Shown: positions 13,701 to 25,699 of the stretch, in pieces | How positions within the stretch are numbered: the stretch's first letter is position 1 | Layout of the letters: every line of letters begins with the position of its first letter | NCBI GenBank assembly: GCA_036172245.1 | Contig: JAYWIR010000007.1 | Location: 1,984,001-2,048,000, forward strand | DNA from: Raillietiella orientalis | Taxonomy: Eukaryota | Length of the DNA: 64,000 bases | Reading direction: 5' to 3' | Position numbers and translations under genes: made by a program | The notes under the pieces: model-generated | What the model saw: only the letters and a program-made list of their open reading frames with translations | Databases searched by the model: none | What the model was told of the DNA's origin: nothing

Positions 13701-15899
13701 TCGCGGTTGCTGGGGTCGGGGTAGCAGCAAAGGTGCGGAAGCGACGGTGGCAGCGGCGGGGAACGAGGCTGCAGGGACCCATCCAGCCGTGACTTCCTCT
13801 CCCCCCTGCGAAGGAGAGAGTCCCGCTGCTCGGATGTGAGCGGGGGGCACCGCAGAAGAGGGTGGGGGAGTGGAGAGTAACCGGTAGGCTGAGATCACCA
13901 CGGGGGGAGGGGAGAAGTCACGGGAGCTCTCCTGCCCCCATTCGCGGCAATGGAGGGTTCCATCTCGACTTGCCGTCGCCCCCTCCTTGCTGGGCTTTTA
14001 CCCTCGGGAGAATCGCGATCGCTCCCCCCCTCCTTCTCCCTCTCTATAGAAGCAACGGAATGGTAGCGGCGGGTGAAGGAAGATGGGAGAAGGGAAACGG
14101 GCGTTTGCTTGGAGCGACGAAAGCGCCTTCAGGCTGGGGTGTCCCTCGGCGCCTGCGAGCCTGTTGGACGGGCGCTGCACTGGTGGCGCCGTGTACTCGC
14201 CCTGTTCGCTTTCCTTCACGGCTTGTTCCGTGGCCTCGCCCACCTCATGGGAATAGGTTTCCTCCCTCTGTCCCAGGCCCGCCTGCGTGCCTTTGCGGAA
14301 CGTCTCCTGCCCCTACGCCTGCGATCGCAGGAAGGAAGTTCCCTATGCGGCCACTGCTCGGCGCGCGGGTTGCGGCGCGCTCTCGCGCCGGTCGCACCAG
14401 TCGCCAGATGGATGCGGCTGCTACTGCCGGGGCGAGGGGGAGGAGGAAAAGGGAGCGCAGCCAGCATCCTTTTCTTCGCCGCGGTTGCTCCGGGTGAGGC
14501 TTCGCCGTCGGGCGCCTGGAGGAGCGACTTCAGTATCCTGCCCTCGGGATGGACGATCATGGCGTCTCGTTTCTCGTCTGTGTGGGCTCTCCAACGCTTG
14601 CGGCCCACCGGAGACCGCCAGATAGGATCACAGCTGACCATGTTCTGTTGGGGTGAGTCACCATCCACCCTGGCTCCCTGTCCTCCATCCCCAAGCACGC
14701 CCTAAGGAGCTCACGGGGACGCCTTTCGGGATGGGGATGGGGGAAGGTGGGAGAAAAGGGAAAGCGGTCTTCCATTGCAGCGAAGTGTCCGCATTCCGTT
14801 AGAGGAGATCCCTGGGAAATTTGCGTTGGAAGAGGGAGGGGGGGGGGGAACATACCGAAAGGGGGATACAAAGGGAAGCAAAATTCGATGGGATGTCGAG
14901 CCAAGCTTCGTTTTTCGAAATATTTGCTTTCGCTCCCACGGTTTCCTTTCTTCCCATTTCTCCGATGAAAGTGACTTCCACGCAGCTGGACACGGGAAAG
15001 CTCCCGTGTCCTCGGAAGCCAAGTTGCCTGCGAGGCGAGACCTCTCGTCCTGTGCACTTAAAAAGCGCGCGAAGCACTTCCACTTTGAAATGCTGCAGCG
15101 TGCACTCGCGTTGCCTCAGCAACAGCCTAAACAACAAGTAGCAGATACGGATAGGTCCGAGCTCCCTTGAGGATAGTAAAAGAAATCACGCGCTTCTGTG
15201 TTCTTTTCTTTTCTCTTTTATTAAGAAAAAAGGATGAGGGGGTGGGGTGGGGGGAAATTGCAAGAGGCGTGGCACCAGACGGTGATGCGGTGCTGCCTTC
15301 CACAGCACAGGGTATACGCCCATTTACGCAAGGCGCGATACGAGTGGCAACGCGAAGCGAATCCTGGAAATGGGGTAAGGGGGGGGGGGAGAGAGAGAGA
15401 GAGAGACGAAAGTCGGCGCAACAATGAGGACGTCATCGTCTCGGCAGGCTGCGGTGGAGCGCCTGGGGAGGGGGGGGGGGAGTCCTCTTCGGGTCGAATC
15501 GAGAGATGCCGCGGAGGGAACAGCTCTTCGCACGCAAGAGACCGTGCCCTACGCGCGCGCTTGCTTCACGGTGTCCTTTCGGCAGACAAAGGGAAAAAGG
15601 GAACACTCAGCAAAGGGAGCTCGATGGTAGCGAAACCAAACCTTTTCACTTGCTCGAACGAGCCGGCCAATCGGAGAGCAAAGGGCGAACGCCCAGTTGT
15701 TCAGGGGAGCGCCAAACCTGGTGAAAAGCAATCAGCGTGTGAGCGAAAAAATGTGTGATGAGCAAAAAAAAAAAAAAAAAGAGAGGGACAGAAAGAAAGA
15801 AAAGAAAAAGCATAATGATCGGTCATAGCTGAGATAGGATCGATTCAGCAGGTACGGAGGAGGAGAAGCAAGGAAGAACAGGGAGACTTCCGGGACAGC

Positions 15900-16480
15900 A
15901 CTCAGCGGGAAACGCTCCACCGGAAGAGGAAGAGGGCCGCGTGTCGCGGGCGACGCGCAGCAGCACGGAGGAGCGCGTGCTTTCGGAGAACGCGGCAAGC
16001 CCCAAGGAAGATGGCGAAACGTGGTGTGCGAAAGGGGAATTCGACGACGACCCCTCCGCACCCCCCAGAACCCCGTCGCTGGACTCGAAGCTGGACTTTC
16101 GTGAGCGAAGGCGCGCGGTTTAACGATCATCGTCACCTCCCCCCTCCGGCCCATTATTTGTGCATTTCTAGAAAACCGTGGAGCAGAGAACGGATGCTTG
16201 AGCATCCGGTGGGTGCATCGGCGGGTGCACAGATAAGCTTGCGTGCTTGCACGGTGCGCGTCGCACCAACAGGTTGTGACCAGTCTCAGACGTGCTCGTT
16301 TCAGATCTCACCAGTTGGTGCGTGGCCCCCGTGGTTCGGAATCCGAAGTCGCACGTGGGGCTCACGAGCCCTCCCAAGGCTAGGAAGTGGCCTGCCTGAC
16401 CTCCTGCCCGGGACAGCCGACCGAAAGGTCTGTACGTCCATCCCGACTCCGCATTCCTCCGGACCCGACAGATGAAAAGA
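15900..16480 (+). mobile_element. Possible LINE endonuclease fragment
   Basis: WCAKGEFDD (GDFN-like) followed by TGCDQ (SDH-like); weak. Confidence 0.2.
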
Positions 16481-17439
16481 GGTAGTCGCGGCATGGGCGA
16501 GAGGGACGCGCCGTGGAATTTCTCTCTTGCATTCAGGTCCGAAGCACGCCGGGCGGAAGAGTAACGGTAGGGCAAGCAAGGAAAGCGGTGATCGGATCCC
16601 GTGGGGCTAAACAAGAAGGGGAAGAGGTGGAGGAGGACTTCCTCGGCACATCTGCTCGGACGATGGATCCCGAAGAGCAACAAGAGAACGAAGCAGTCAC
16701 ACAGGAAGACTTCCCGAAGGATCGTTGAGGGTGGAGGATCGCAGACAAGGAAATCGGACAACCATCTACAACTTCACAACATAGGCTCGCGTGTGTTTTG
16801 GCTCCGCTTCCTATTATATGATTCTGCCTATTATGTAAATGGTCACAGGATCTCGTAGGCAACAAAAGTGCGCGAAGCAATGAGCCTATTTCCAGAGAAT
16901 CGCCAAAGAAGGGTTACTGCGGAGAAATAACACTTTCCACCAGGTCAGCTTTGCACGGCTTCTTTCGACGAGGGAGGTAAGTCGAATAATATCAGCGAAG
17001 GAGGCAAAGAGGGGAAAAAACCTCCTTTTCCCCGTCTGGTCGTTGTTTGCGAGCGAAGGTCTTCTCCCACTTCCTCCTCTCGGACTGGAATTCTTCCTCC
17101 GTGTGGAAAAGCCAACAGCACACGGCACTTTGGCGGTGTGGCATTCGCTGCCACGAAAGCGGTAAGAGCCGCGAGAGGACTTTCCGGAAACTTTCAAGAG
17201 AAGCACACGCGGCTGAAAGCAAGATTTATGGAAATCCCGGTGTTGCTGCATCAATGGCAGTTTTGTTTTCCAGGATTTCCCAAGTACAGTAATTATGAAA
17301 AAAGAAAAGGAAAGCATTCTTCTCGAGCTTTTTCAATACAGAGTTGGAAAGAACAACGGTGTACAAAAAAGGAGTATTGGCGGAAATAGATGTACAGGGA
17401 GATAATACTCGAGGAGTATCTTTGTTTTCATAAGTATCG

Positions 17440-17463
17440 TTTTTTTTTTTTTTTTTTTTTTTT
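17440..17463 (+). repeat. Poly(T) tract (24 nt)
   Basis: Read directly from the sequence. Confidence 0.95.
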
Positions 17464-17879
17464 CCATCTCAATTAGTTTTCAGCCCTTTCTGCTTCTTAA
17501 TTGTGACCAGTTTCTCACAACCAGTTTGTGTCAGTCGTGAATGACGCATTCGAACGACTTCAGGGGGTGTCAGAAGTTCCTCACACGAAATACATGTTTT
17601 ATAAACGTGGGAAAACCATCGAGAAATCTAATCTCAAGTCACGTTAATCTGCAAAGACATGACAGAAAATATTTCTTTTACAAAAAAAATCAATTTACTC
17701 GAAACACTTCGCAGTGCCACTTCGAGACGCATGGAAATGTGACAGCACACCATGTGCAGAGGCATTGTAACCAGAAACGCAGCCTCCCTCACCAATACCC
17801 GTTGACATGCGAAGACGGCTCCATAATGTAAATTAACTTTTTCCTTCTTGTCGCTCTTCGGAGCTGCGCATTACCTGCA

Positions 17880-18190
17880 GGCCGCATGCGCAGCAGCACT
17901 CCGGAAATCAGCGGCTCCCGAGGCGGACGGTTCCTAAAAATACGTATCTTCCTCTCCGGTGTTCCGAGGTGATCGCCGAAGACGGCTGCATTTCTAGAAT
18001 TGGCAGCAGCCACTTCGTTCCGGGGCAGGTGAGTTTTGAAACACCCGGAGGGGCACGAGAAGGGAGGCGCGGGGACACCACCACGACGCGATCGCGGAGG
18101 TCGGATGGGGTCTCCTCCGTGGCGTTGCGCCTGCCGTTGCCATGCCGGGAATGCTGCCCGCGGGATCTTCCGTTCCGCAGCGGGAAGGAA
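17880..18190 (-). mobile_element. Possible LINE endonuclease fragment
   Basis: EHRRGRYVFLGTVRLG resembles the DxxGRxxxL segment of L1/Tx1 endonucleases; weak. Confidence 0.2.
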
Positions 18191-18489
18191 GATTTTTTTT
18201 TTTTTTTTTTCTTCCGTGGCCACCACACGTATTCGTGGCGCACAACCACACTCGGCGAGAGAATCAATGGAACACGAGTACAAAATTACGACACGCGTAC
18301 ACATACAAAACGTATGCGTGAATTAATTTATCTTATACGGATGCGGCATCGGTGGAGCTTCGAATGCCGTGGCCGCTCCTCAGACAGTTCACACCGAGGC
18401 ACCCGCAACGAAACCAGGGAACCCGGAAAAGAGGGACACCGCATGACCACCAGACCGTCGAGCAACCGGTCCAGCGGGCCTCGCTGGCA

Positions 18490-19000
18490 GCCCTACGCGG
18501 GATCGTCGCTGCTCGGAGCGAAGCAGCGAGAGGACCCAGCGATAGGATGCCATCCACCTCGCCGTCCAATTCATCAGGATGGCGACGCGATGGCCCCACC
18601 TGGACAGGAATATCCAGCAAGACCTCGCCGGCATCCTGCAGAGGATGGACGGGACCGCCACCAGCAGAACGTGACCCTCACCCCCCCCTCCTTAAAGTGC
18701 ATTTCCTTTTGTTTGTCCCCTCCCCTCTGCTGCCGTGGTAGACCCGCGCCGGTCTGGGGAACGGTGACCCGGCACGTCTCCCTCAAATCGTGCGTGGTTG
18801 GGCTGCTGGTCCAGAGCTCAGGTCAGGTCCGGGTCCGGGTCTCGGCTCTCTCCCCCGGGGCACCCGGGGTGAGAGCCGGTCCGATGCTTCGGGACGGGCG
18901 CGCGGCGAACCGTCCCGCCGAGCGCATCCACGTCGGTCGCCTAGCAGCGGGCTGCACCGCAGAGACGCGCGCGTGCGTATTTTTAGCTCATTGTTGGGGC
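18490..19000 (+). repeat. Second copy of the LINE 3' end seen at about 800-1340
   Basis: Direct similarity: GCGATGGCCCCACCTGGACA and CTCGCCGGCATCCTGCAGAGGATG occur in both copies, followed by a C-run, a T-rich spacer and shared downstream blocks. Confidence 0.85.
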
Positions 19001-20782
19001 AGGCCCGGAGCGGAGATCCTTCGCAATATGGCGTTCCCTTGAGTACGGGGCTGGTGCGTAGGCCCGAAAGGCGCTTCCTCTCCGTTGCAAGTGCTGACGT
19101 TCCGGGATTTCGCAGTTCGGAAAGAACCCTGAAGCCAGGCAAGCAGGAGAACAAGTGTGCCTTCGAGGGGAGGTGAACCTGGAGATGACCCTGGAAAACA
19201 AGCCCAGCTAGGAAGGCCCAGCAAAACTAGGTTCGATTGTACGTGTCCGTGTGCATGACGTAGACTGCGCTGGCGGATTGAACCGTTCGAATTTTTCCGC
19301 AAGAGTCTTTGCAATTTATCATTTGTTTGCATTGAAACACACACACACACACGCAAATCACCTTCGTGCCTGGACACCTTCGCGGTTGTGGACAGGTATG
19401 ATATCGTATGCGATTTCGAAACTTGTACTGCGTGTGGGGGTTCGTCCTCATATGGGTGTTTGATGCTCATTACCTGCAGAATGAGAAATGGGGCCAAGAA
19501 GCACGTTTGAGGGAGCACCAGTTGCTAAAGCAAGGTATTCGAATCAGATACTGGAGAGGTGCATCAGAGAAACGAAAGAGCACCTCATGTATGAGAACTA
19601 TGAAGTGGCCTCCTTTCCTTCCTTCCCAAAAGAAGTACCTTCGTTAAAATTCTCAAGCTACTTGGCCTCTATAGGGGGAGACGATCTCTCTCGCTTCTAC
19701 AGAGTGCCTCTGGGCAAGGAGAGGGAGTTACGGAGGCGACATTGATGTTTTTCCTAGTCTTCCTTCCTAGAAGAAGTTCCTGGAAACTCTTAGCTCGGAG
19801 AGCGCATCAGGAAGGGCACCTCGTCGGCCTTGGACTTCCCGAAATGCGGCGCGTGCCTCCGGTGGGGCAAGAAGGGAGTGGGAAGGGGGAAGGGCAGACG
19901 GCGGGCGGGTTTTGCGGTGAATAGTGGTGTGCACTTCCTTCTTGGAGGCAACCGTTTTGGAGTTCCGATCTATGATTCCACTTTCGGAGGTTAGACTGGT
20001 TTGCCAGATTGTCGAGCATCTTCCCGTTTGCAGAGAGGTGCAAGGGAAAGGTTTCCCAAGAGAGCCCCATTTCATCCAGGAGTGGAAACGGCGTGGATAG
20101 GAGAGAATGGAGGTATGCGTACTAGGAAACTGCACAACGGATGGGGCCAAGGAAAGAACCATCGGTGCGCGGCGACGAATCTCAGGTGGGCACGCGGTAA
20201 CCACCGAGCGGCCGCCACCTGGCACATTCCGTCGATTCTCCACCCCGGAAAAAACAGGCTCCTCCGTACCCGCGTCAGAGCACCAAATGCGTCCCAGAGC
20301 CCGAGAGTTCCCGTTTTGCTTCTAGGAAGATGATCCAGAAATTCCCCCTATCTTTGTCGGTCTGTTTCGGAGGGCTCCCTCACTTTCGCTCCCTCTCGCT
20401 TCAGCTGGTTCGATCCCTCTATTCCCTGCGTCCCACGCTGTTTCCGCCTCAGGTCGAACGAGGCACGACACTCGGGGAGGCTGCGTGGGACGAGTTGATC
20501 TGATCACTTGATCCTGACTGCCAGCCAGGTGGCCTCACAGGTATCGCTCCGCAGATGTCGGCTCCCTAAGACGCCGTTCGGAATTCTTAAAAAGGCTGCT
20601 GTTGATTCCTGCCTCCCGATAGGAACAAGCGACTAGGCATTCTCCAGCGCTCCAGCCCGTCGAAGAGCGGGCGGTTGTGGAAGAAGTAGTTTCCGGCTCC
20701 CCTTCTTCCACCTCCTCGGGAAAACCAGAGCCAGGGATGCACAGCAGCGGTTCGGTAGGAAGCACAGATCGTCGCCAACATC

Positions 20783-21881
20783 GGTCCTTGCAGGGTATTT
20801 GGTCTACGCCAAAAAAATCCTTGATATCTGGTCCTGTCCGAAAAGATTAGCGGATGCTAGGACCTGTCCGAAAAGGTCAACGAGCACATTTGGTCCATGG
20901 TTTATAAGTAATACAAACATTTAATCAAATAAAATTTTATCCATGTTACTTTCATTGTAATTCATCATGAAATTTCGGATTTCACTTTGTTGTTCTTCCT
21001 GGTCATCAAGTCGAGCAGGGTCACTTTTTAAGTCAATTGCTCCCAAGAAGGCATACATCGACCTGATGATTAGCTTCATATTCGTTTATATGTGTTTGCT
21101 TTTGTCGATATCGTCGTGAAGTTGGTGGCCGTGTGACCAGCAAGAATCCAAGTGATGACCTGTTCGTTGCTTTGCTGTTCCTCTTTTAACACTTCAGTAA
21201 ATCTCCAAATGGAAGGATGATGCATCATCACCAGCTTTTGAAATTTATTGTGCCGCCCTTCCGCTGCGTTCTTTCGATTACCGCTCGGTGCTGATGTATG
21301 GACATTCCAAGTTTCTGAACTTCTGGTCTTCTTCCGCCTCTGCCACGCTTTCGACAGACACTCTTTCGTCATTGGTCCATCGGTTCGTCCAGATTTTCCT
21401 TCCTCATTCTACACGATGTGTTCAAAAATTTTCATTCTCATTTACATGGAATGCCGAACAACACGGATGCACACTTACGGGTGTTGCTTTCCGTTGCCAT
21501 ATACTCGGGTCTCAGACCCAGAGAAGGTACTTTTCTCCACAGTGGCTGCGAAAGGAGTATCCTTTTTACTTGGGCATTTGGTGAGAACAACCGAGAGCTC
21601 CTTGCACCATTGCCAGCTAGGCAATCGGGGCAAGAAGGGTTGTTGCTGGTAATATGGTCCGTCGCAACACAATCGCTGGACGGAAAAGAACACGATGATG
21701 GTCACTCTCGTGTATTCGTGTTCTGCAAACCAAAAGTATAGATAAACCTTGTGGACTATGATAAGCCAAGGGCGTCTTCTAAGCGTAGGCTTATCAGGCA
21801 GGGCCCAATTTCAAGGGTCTTTTTGCCGTGGACCAAATGTCTGAGTGGACCTTCTTGGACAGGACCTAACATCCGCTAATC
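20783..21881 (-). mobile_element. Mutator-like (MULE) DNA transposon remnant with terminal inverted repeats
   Basis: 20845-20896 (GATTAGCGGATGCTAGGACCTGTCCGAAAAGGTCAACGAGCACATTTGGTCC) is an imperfect inverted repeat of 21830-21881. ORF 21076-21372 has WNVH..RKNAAEGRHNKFQKLVMMHHPSIWRFTEVLKEEQ, matching the TNNxxEGWH...HPxIWxFIxxLKxEQ C-terminus of MULE transposases. AT-rich relative to its flanks. Confidence 0.8.
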
Positions 21882-23643
21882 AACTTTCGGGGATAGCTCG
21901 GTTTTGAGTCGAGATTCCCTCCTCGAGGATTCGAAAAACAAATGCACTTTTAAACGGGAGGAAGTGGGAAGACTCTGGGAATCCCATGCGAAATCTGAGG
22001 AACACCCCGAAGACTTCAAGTTTTTGGATTCTGGGTTCCCAAATCGGAGGATATGAGTTCCCGGACTCTGCTGGAACCTTTCGTCGCTCAGCAGCTTTTC
22101 AAGCTCGGAGGAGAAGAGTTCGAAAAGAGCTCTTTGGTAATGGATAAATGAGAGATGCGCGCCGAGATGAGTAAAGAAAAAGGAAAACTGCAGGATCTGG
22201 AGGAACTTTTCCGACAGAGCATAGACTCTCTGGTAGCCCAAGGTCAGAAGCCCAGGGCAGGGCAGGATCCTTGCTCGACTTCTGTACAAGGAAAACAGAA
22301 GAGTCCACTTTTTCTGCCCCTAGGATAGGATAGGTCATGCGGGAATTTCCAGGAGGGAGGGGGAGGCGGAAGACTTTCGGAAGACAGGAAAGTCTGCCGC
22401 TAAGTCGATCGAGGGAACCGTGGCAATGAGCATGTTGGGGTGGGAGAGGGAGGAAGGACTTGGTAAGGAAGGGGGGTTTCCCCTTGGGGATATTGCGCGT
22501 AACGATCGATGAGTATTCACGACAGCTCCACACGGCACCCTGCAGCCCCTCTCCGGCTTGGGTTTCGCCTTTATCCCTCCGAGAACGAGGCGTCATCTAA
22601 ATATAGACGCGTTCCTCCTGCTCGAGAGGGAGGACGGGGAGCGGGAGGAGGGACGCATGCTCGTATGGCCTTGTTTCTTTCGGGTCGAGCACGCCCTGAG
22701 TTGTTGTTGTTTTTTTTTTTGGTGAATGTGTGTGTGTCTGCACACGGCGCCGTCTCCTCCACAAGCGTCGGTCCTAGCACGCAGAGACCAGCGGCATCTC
22801 GCGATATCTTTTGTAAGCCCATGTAGCTTCGGTGCTCGCTCGCTCGATGGAGGCGCTTCCGTTCTCATCCACCCGGTTCATCCTTTGTTGTGCTTTGCCA
22901 GATCCTTCGAGGAACGGATCCATAGCGATCCAGGCTGCTTTCCCTCTGTCTTCCCCGTGAGAAGAGACCTTTCTTTCCCCTTGGGAGACTGCCCCTAGTT
23001 CATCCGTTCCGGTGGCCCGTAAAGGAACTCCCCCCTAAGTTCAGCCGCAGACTCCCAACTTTCCTTCGAGACGTTTTGCATAGTAGGTCTTTCGTTGCTT
23101 GCCGGAACTATCCGACCGATTCCCCAGTTTCTACATTTCTCCCGGATGTTGAACCCTTCTCCTATCTTCCTTGAACTGGCACTGCTTGCCTTTTCTCCTT
23201 GTTTCGGTCCCGAGAGCCACACGCCATTCTCTGTACCTTGGTTCACTCTTGAATGCTGGTCTTTTCTCCTTTCCCCCTTCCGAGGTCTTCCCCGAAGCTC
23301 CTTGAAACTTCACGCGAAGCCTCGTCTTTCACTTTCTCCCCTCTTCCGACGTATGCCGCTATATCTCTTGCTTTTCCCCCCCGAACCAGGAAATGCTTGT
23401 GTCACTGGGTTCTGTGAGTTGGGCTTTGGGATCTTGGAAACCTGGAACAAAGTGAATCCTCTTGCTGAGTGCCGTCGGCGCGATGCCACAAGTGAGGCTC
23501 CATTTGAATCCCCATGTTCTACAAGTGGTACTTCCTGGGTTTCTCCCCCCTCAAAACAAGAGAGAGAGAGAGAGAGAAAGGATCTGTTGCCAGGCGGATT
23601 CCTTCCCGGAAATTCCGAGGATGAGAATGCGAATTCATGGATT

Positions 23644-23677
23644 CAGGGCAGATCATGGATTGCCATGATCTGCCCTG
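23644..23677. repeat. Perfect 15-bp inverted repeat with 4-nt loop
   Basis: CAGGGCAGATCATGG-ATTG-CCATGATCTGCCCTG. Confidence 0.95.
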
Positions 23678-25699
23678 GGGGAACGCGGAAGCCAGTCTGC
23701 CAGTCACGGGACTGAAAGAACAAGGTTTTTCCGCAGCACCACTTTGGGACGAAACAGGACACGGCACCGAAGTGGAGCAGACCAAACGGGTGCTCTGGTG
23801 TCCTTCTCCAAGGCGACTACCTCCGTCCTCCTGGGGGCTCCACGGTTACCTGTAGGAATCGACCTGCTGTCGGTGCTCTGTGAAGCCAGGCGCCCCTCCC
23901 TGCCGCCTGACAACCGCGTCGCCGCCGTCACTGGGGCACTCCCGTTTCGCGACTCCACCCGCTGCTTTCCTGCGATCGGAGTGACCACTCCGAGTGCCCA
24001 CCCGCCTTCACTTCGTGTTATGGGGCGGCGGTATCGAGAGCTGCTGTAGCACCGAAGCGGTCGTGGTGGTACGTGAGCTCCCTACGGAAGGATGTAGGCA
24101 GCATGTTCCTTCTGTTGTTCTTGCATGCCATGTTTAGTTCTTCCTCCTCTTCTTCCCCCTTCACGTCAGCTGCTAGCCGGCGTTCCAGAAATCGGAAACA
24201 GCCAAAGCCAAGAGAACTTTAAAACTCTTCGATTTTTTCCATTCTTTTGTCTTGGGACTTATCCAGGACGCTCACGAAGAGGGTAATGTGCACGCTGTCA
24301 GTGCTCCCCCACGACAAAGCCGATCAGAGCTTCGGTCCCGCCTGGTTAACGAATTACTGTCAGGAGCGAAAGCTTTGCGTCTTTCGCCTTTTTCTGTCTC
24401 CGGCAGGGAGCGAACCGAGGCAGCCAGCCCCGAGCGGGAGCGCCGCTGCTTTCCGTTCGGGAGCATCGGAGCGAGTGACGCGGCAACGACGCTTTCTCAG
24501 GAACGACCTCCTTCCCCGCCGGCTTTTGTCTGGGAAGGCAGCACTGGCGCATGTCTTGCTCTCTCTCTCTCTGTCTCTCTCTGCTCCGGTGGGGATCCGC
24601 AGAAGTGACCGTTTGCCAGCGCAACGTCACGTCGCTGCCGTGTTACTGGTGCTCGGAAAGCCTCGTGCGTGGCCGCTGTGTCTCCAGGAGGAGCGAAAAT
24701 GGTGGCGGTCCCTGCCGGCTATGTTGCACCGCCGCTGCTGCTCGCCCATTTCTGTTCAGTCGGCTTTCCCAGAAGCAACAGCTTCGGTTCCAGAGTCTGC
24801 CTCCGACGAGCCTGGAGCGATTCTTCTAGAAGTTCTCTCCAGCACACCTATAAAGTCTCTCTCCCCCCCCCCCCCTTCTCCAAAGGAAAAAGACCATCGC
24901 GCACCTCGCGGGGGTGAAGAAAGGTAAATCGAACGAATTTCCGTTCACGGAGAGAAAATGTCAGGTTTGATTCCCATCGATCGTGACGGAAGCGTGGAAC
25001 CTGCAAATCTTAGACTCGTTTCATCTCTGCACATGCTGCTGCTGCTGCTGCTGGCACGGGATAACTGCTGCTGCTTGCTTCTGGAATTCGGGACAAAAGG
25101 GGGGAGAGGGGGGGAAGCGAATCTTCCCCGAAGTATGTGAGAGACGTGTAATAAAGAAAGGAACGTGGCTGTACGTGTAGATGGCTTGTGGAGATGAGGA
25201 GGAAAAAAAAAAAGAACAAGGAAGAGGAAGAGAGGAATGGAGTGATGTCCAGATTGCTTGCTTCGGAAACGCTAGGCAACGCGAGTTGACATTCTTCCCC
25301 TTCCTCCCTTCCAGAAACGGAAAATGCGGATGTGAACACCGGGAAAGTTCATCCCGTGCAGATCTTTCGAAGACGAAGAGCAGAAGGGGCGACTCGAACG
25401 TGTTCCCAGCAGCCGTGGTCCATGGGAACGAAGCAACTGCCAAGGCACTGGCTAACGATCTGCCTAGTAGACGGGGGATGGGAGGGGGAAACAAAAAACA
25501 CACACACTCCGAAAAAATGGGGGAAAAAAGATCGTCCAATGATTTTGGGTGCAAAGGACTCAACTGCATGCATGTGGGACTCGTGCTCTGTCCTGCCTTG
25601 ATGCATCATCATCGCCGGAGTGAATTATGAGGGAGGAGGAGCTGCAGCGGAGGATCATAATAAATAACCCTTCGGCGCAAGCTGCGCTCCTCCCTTCCC

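Larger units (their letters stand above)
19750..24200 (-). mobile_element. Decayed LINE ORF2 interrupted by a DNA transposon
   Basis: RNIPKGKP..SFLPL..LSGRLSCL (about 22400-22500), LGYQRVYALSEKFLQIL (DxxKAYD-like), FQQSPG..GNPES (QGDPLS-like), KVHLFFE (FADD-like, about 21940); resumes below 20783 with LAGSQDQVIRSTRPTQP. Ends approximate. Confidence 0.45.

Noticed and set aside
16536..16728. Possible acidic terminal exon after a TTCAG acceptor
   Set aside because: No recognisable homology and no partner exons.
19400..20250. Penelope-like motifs (HTTIHRK on -, RYSNQILERCIRE on +)
   Set aside because: They lie on opposite strands, and I found no GIY-YIG motif or hammerhead ribozyme.
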